From: Catajapyx aquilonaris
Taxonomy: Eukaryota
Assembly: GCA_000934665.2 (NCBI GenBank)
Contig: KZ538396.1
Span: 56,681-76,680, forward strand
Length of the DNA stretch: 20,000 bases
Reading direction: 5' to 3'
Shown: piece after piece, positions 19,669 to 20,000 of the stretch
Layout of the letters: every line of letters begins with the position of its first letter
Numbering within the stretch: the stretch's first letter is position 1
Notes under the pieces: model-generated
What the model was told of the DNA's origin: nothing
The model's input: only the letters and a program-made list of their open reading frames with translations
The model's database searches: none
Program-made: the position numbers and the translations under genes

Positions 19669-19891
19669 TTGTCCTGCACATTGTGTGCATAGAGGGTACC
19701 GAATCCACTGCCATTCCTGTCTCTCTTGGGAGCTGTAGGTGTCTTGTGTTGTGTGTCCTTCTCAACAACGGTCAATATGTCAAGTGTAACTAGACCTGCT
19801 TCTGTTGCACCACTGTGTGACGCCAAAGCTGCCATAACAGCATACACTAATTCCTCGGGAGTCATCCTATTTATGGCACATATTTCTAGTC
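19669..19891 (-). CDS. POLA2: DNA polymerase alpha subunit B, N-terminal domain exon (exon 1 outside the window)
   Basis: Acceptor ttttacatttcag|, phase 1. Reads LEICAINRMTPEELVYAVMAALASHSGATEAGLVTLDILTVVEKD..., similar to human VELCVQYGQNEEGMVGELIAF...LTSEILNSFEHE. The six exons total 1718 nt in one open frame. Confidence 0.88.
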
Positions 19892-19903
19892 CTGAAATGT
19901 AAA

Positions 19904-19924
19904 ATATATATATATATATATATA
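19904..19924. repeat. (AT)n microsatellite
   Basis: About 10 AT units just upstream of the POLA2 acceptor at 19892. Confidence 0.95.
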
Positions 19925-20000
19925 CAAAATTACAAAAAATTAAAAAGCATCCATACACAACCCTGAGTATACATTAGGCTTTCTTGCAGATTGCCTACAC

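Overview
Animal (invertebrate-like) nuclear DNA, not prokaryotic. Two housekeeping genes lie tail-to-tail. On + are the last two coding exons of dipeptidyl peptidase 3 (DPP3; 1727-1892, 2087-2220). On - are six coding exons of DNA polymerase alpha subunit B (POLA2; 19891 down to 9026), with exon 1 beyond the window end. POLA2 carries a clear U12-type (minor spliceosome) GT-AG intron at 19498-19668. Most of the intergenic space (2343-8010) is one 5.67-kb Transib/RAG-superfamily-like non-autonomous element. It has a CACAG 5-bp target-site duplication and CACAGTG-heptamer termini, and its right end has 23-RSS geometry. It is filled with nested MITEs, a 582-bp foldback hairpin, tRNA-derived SINEs and a transposase C-terminal fragment. 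POLA2 introns hold further piggyBac-, hAT- and Harbinger-type MITEs and a full-length SINE. About 17.0-18.7 kb looks like low-quality or gap-fill sequence. All calls come from reading the sequence by eye; no database searches were run.
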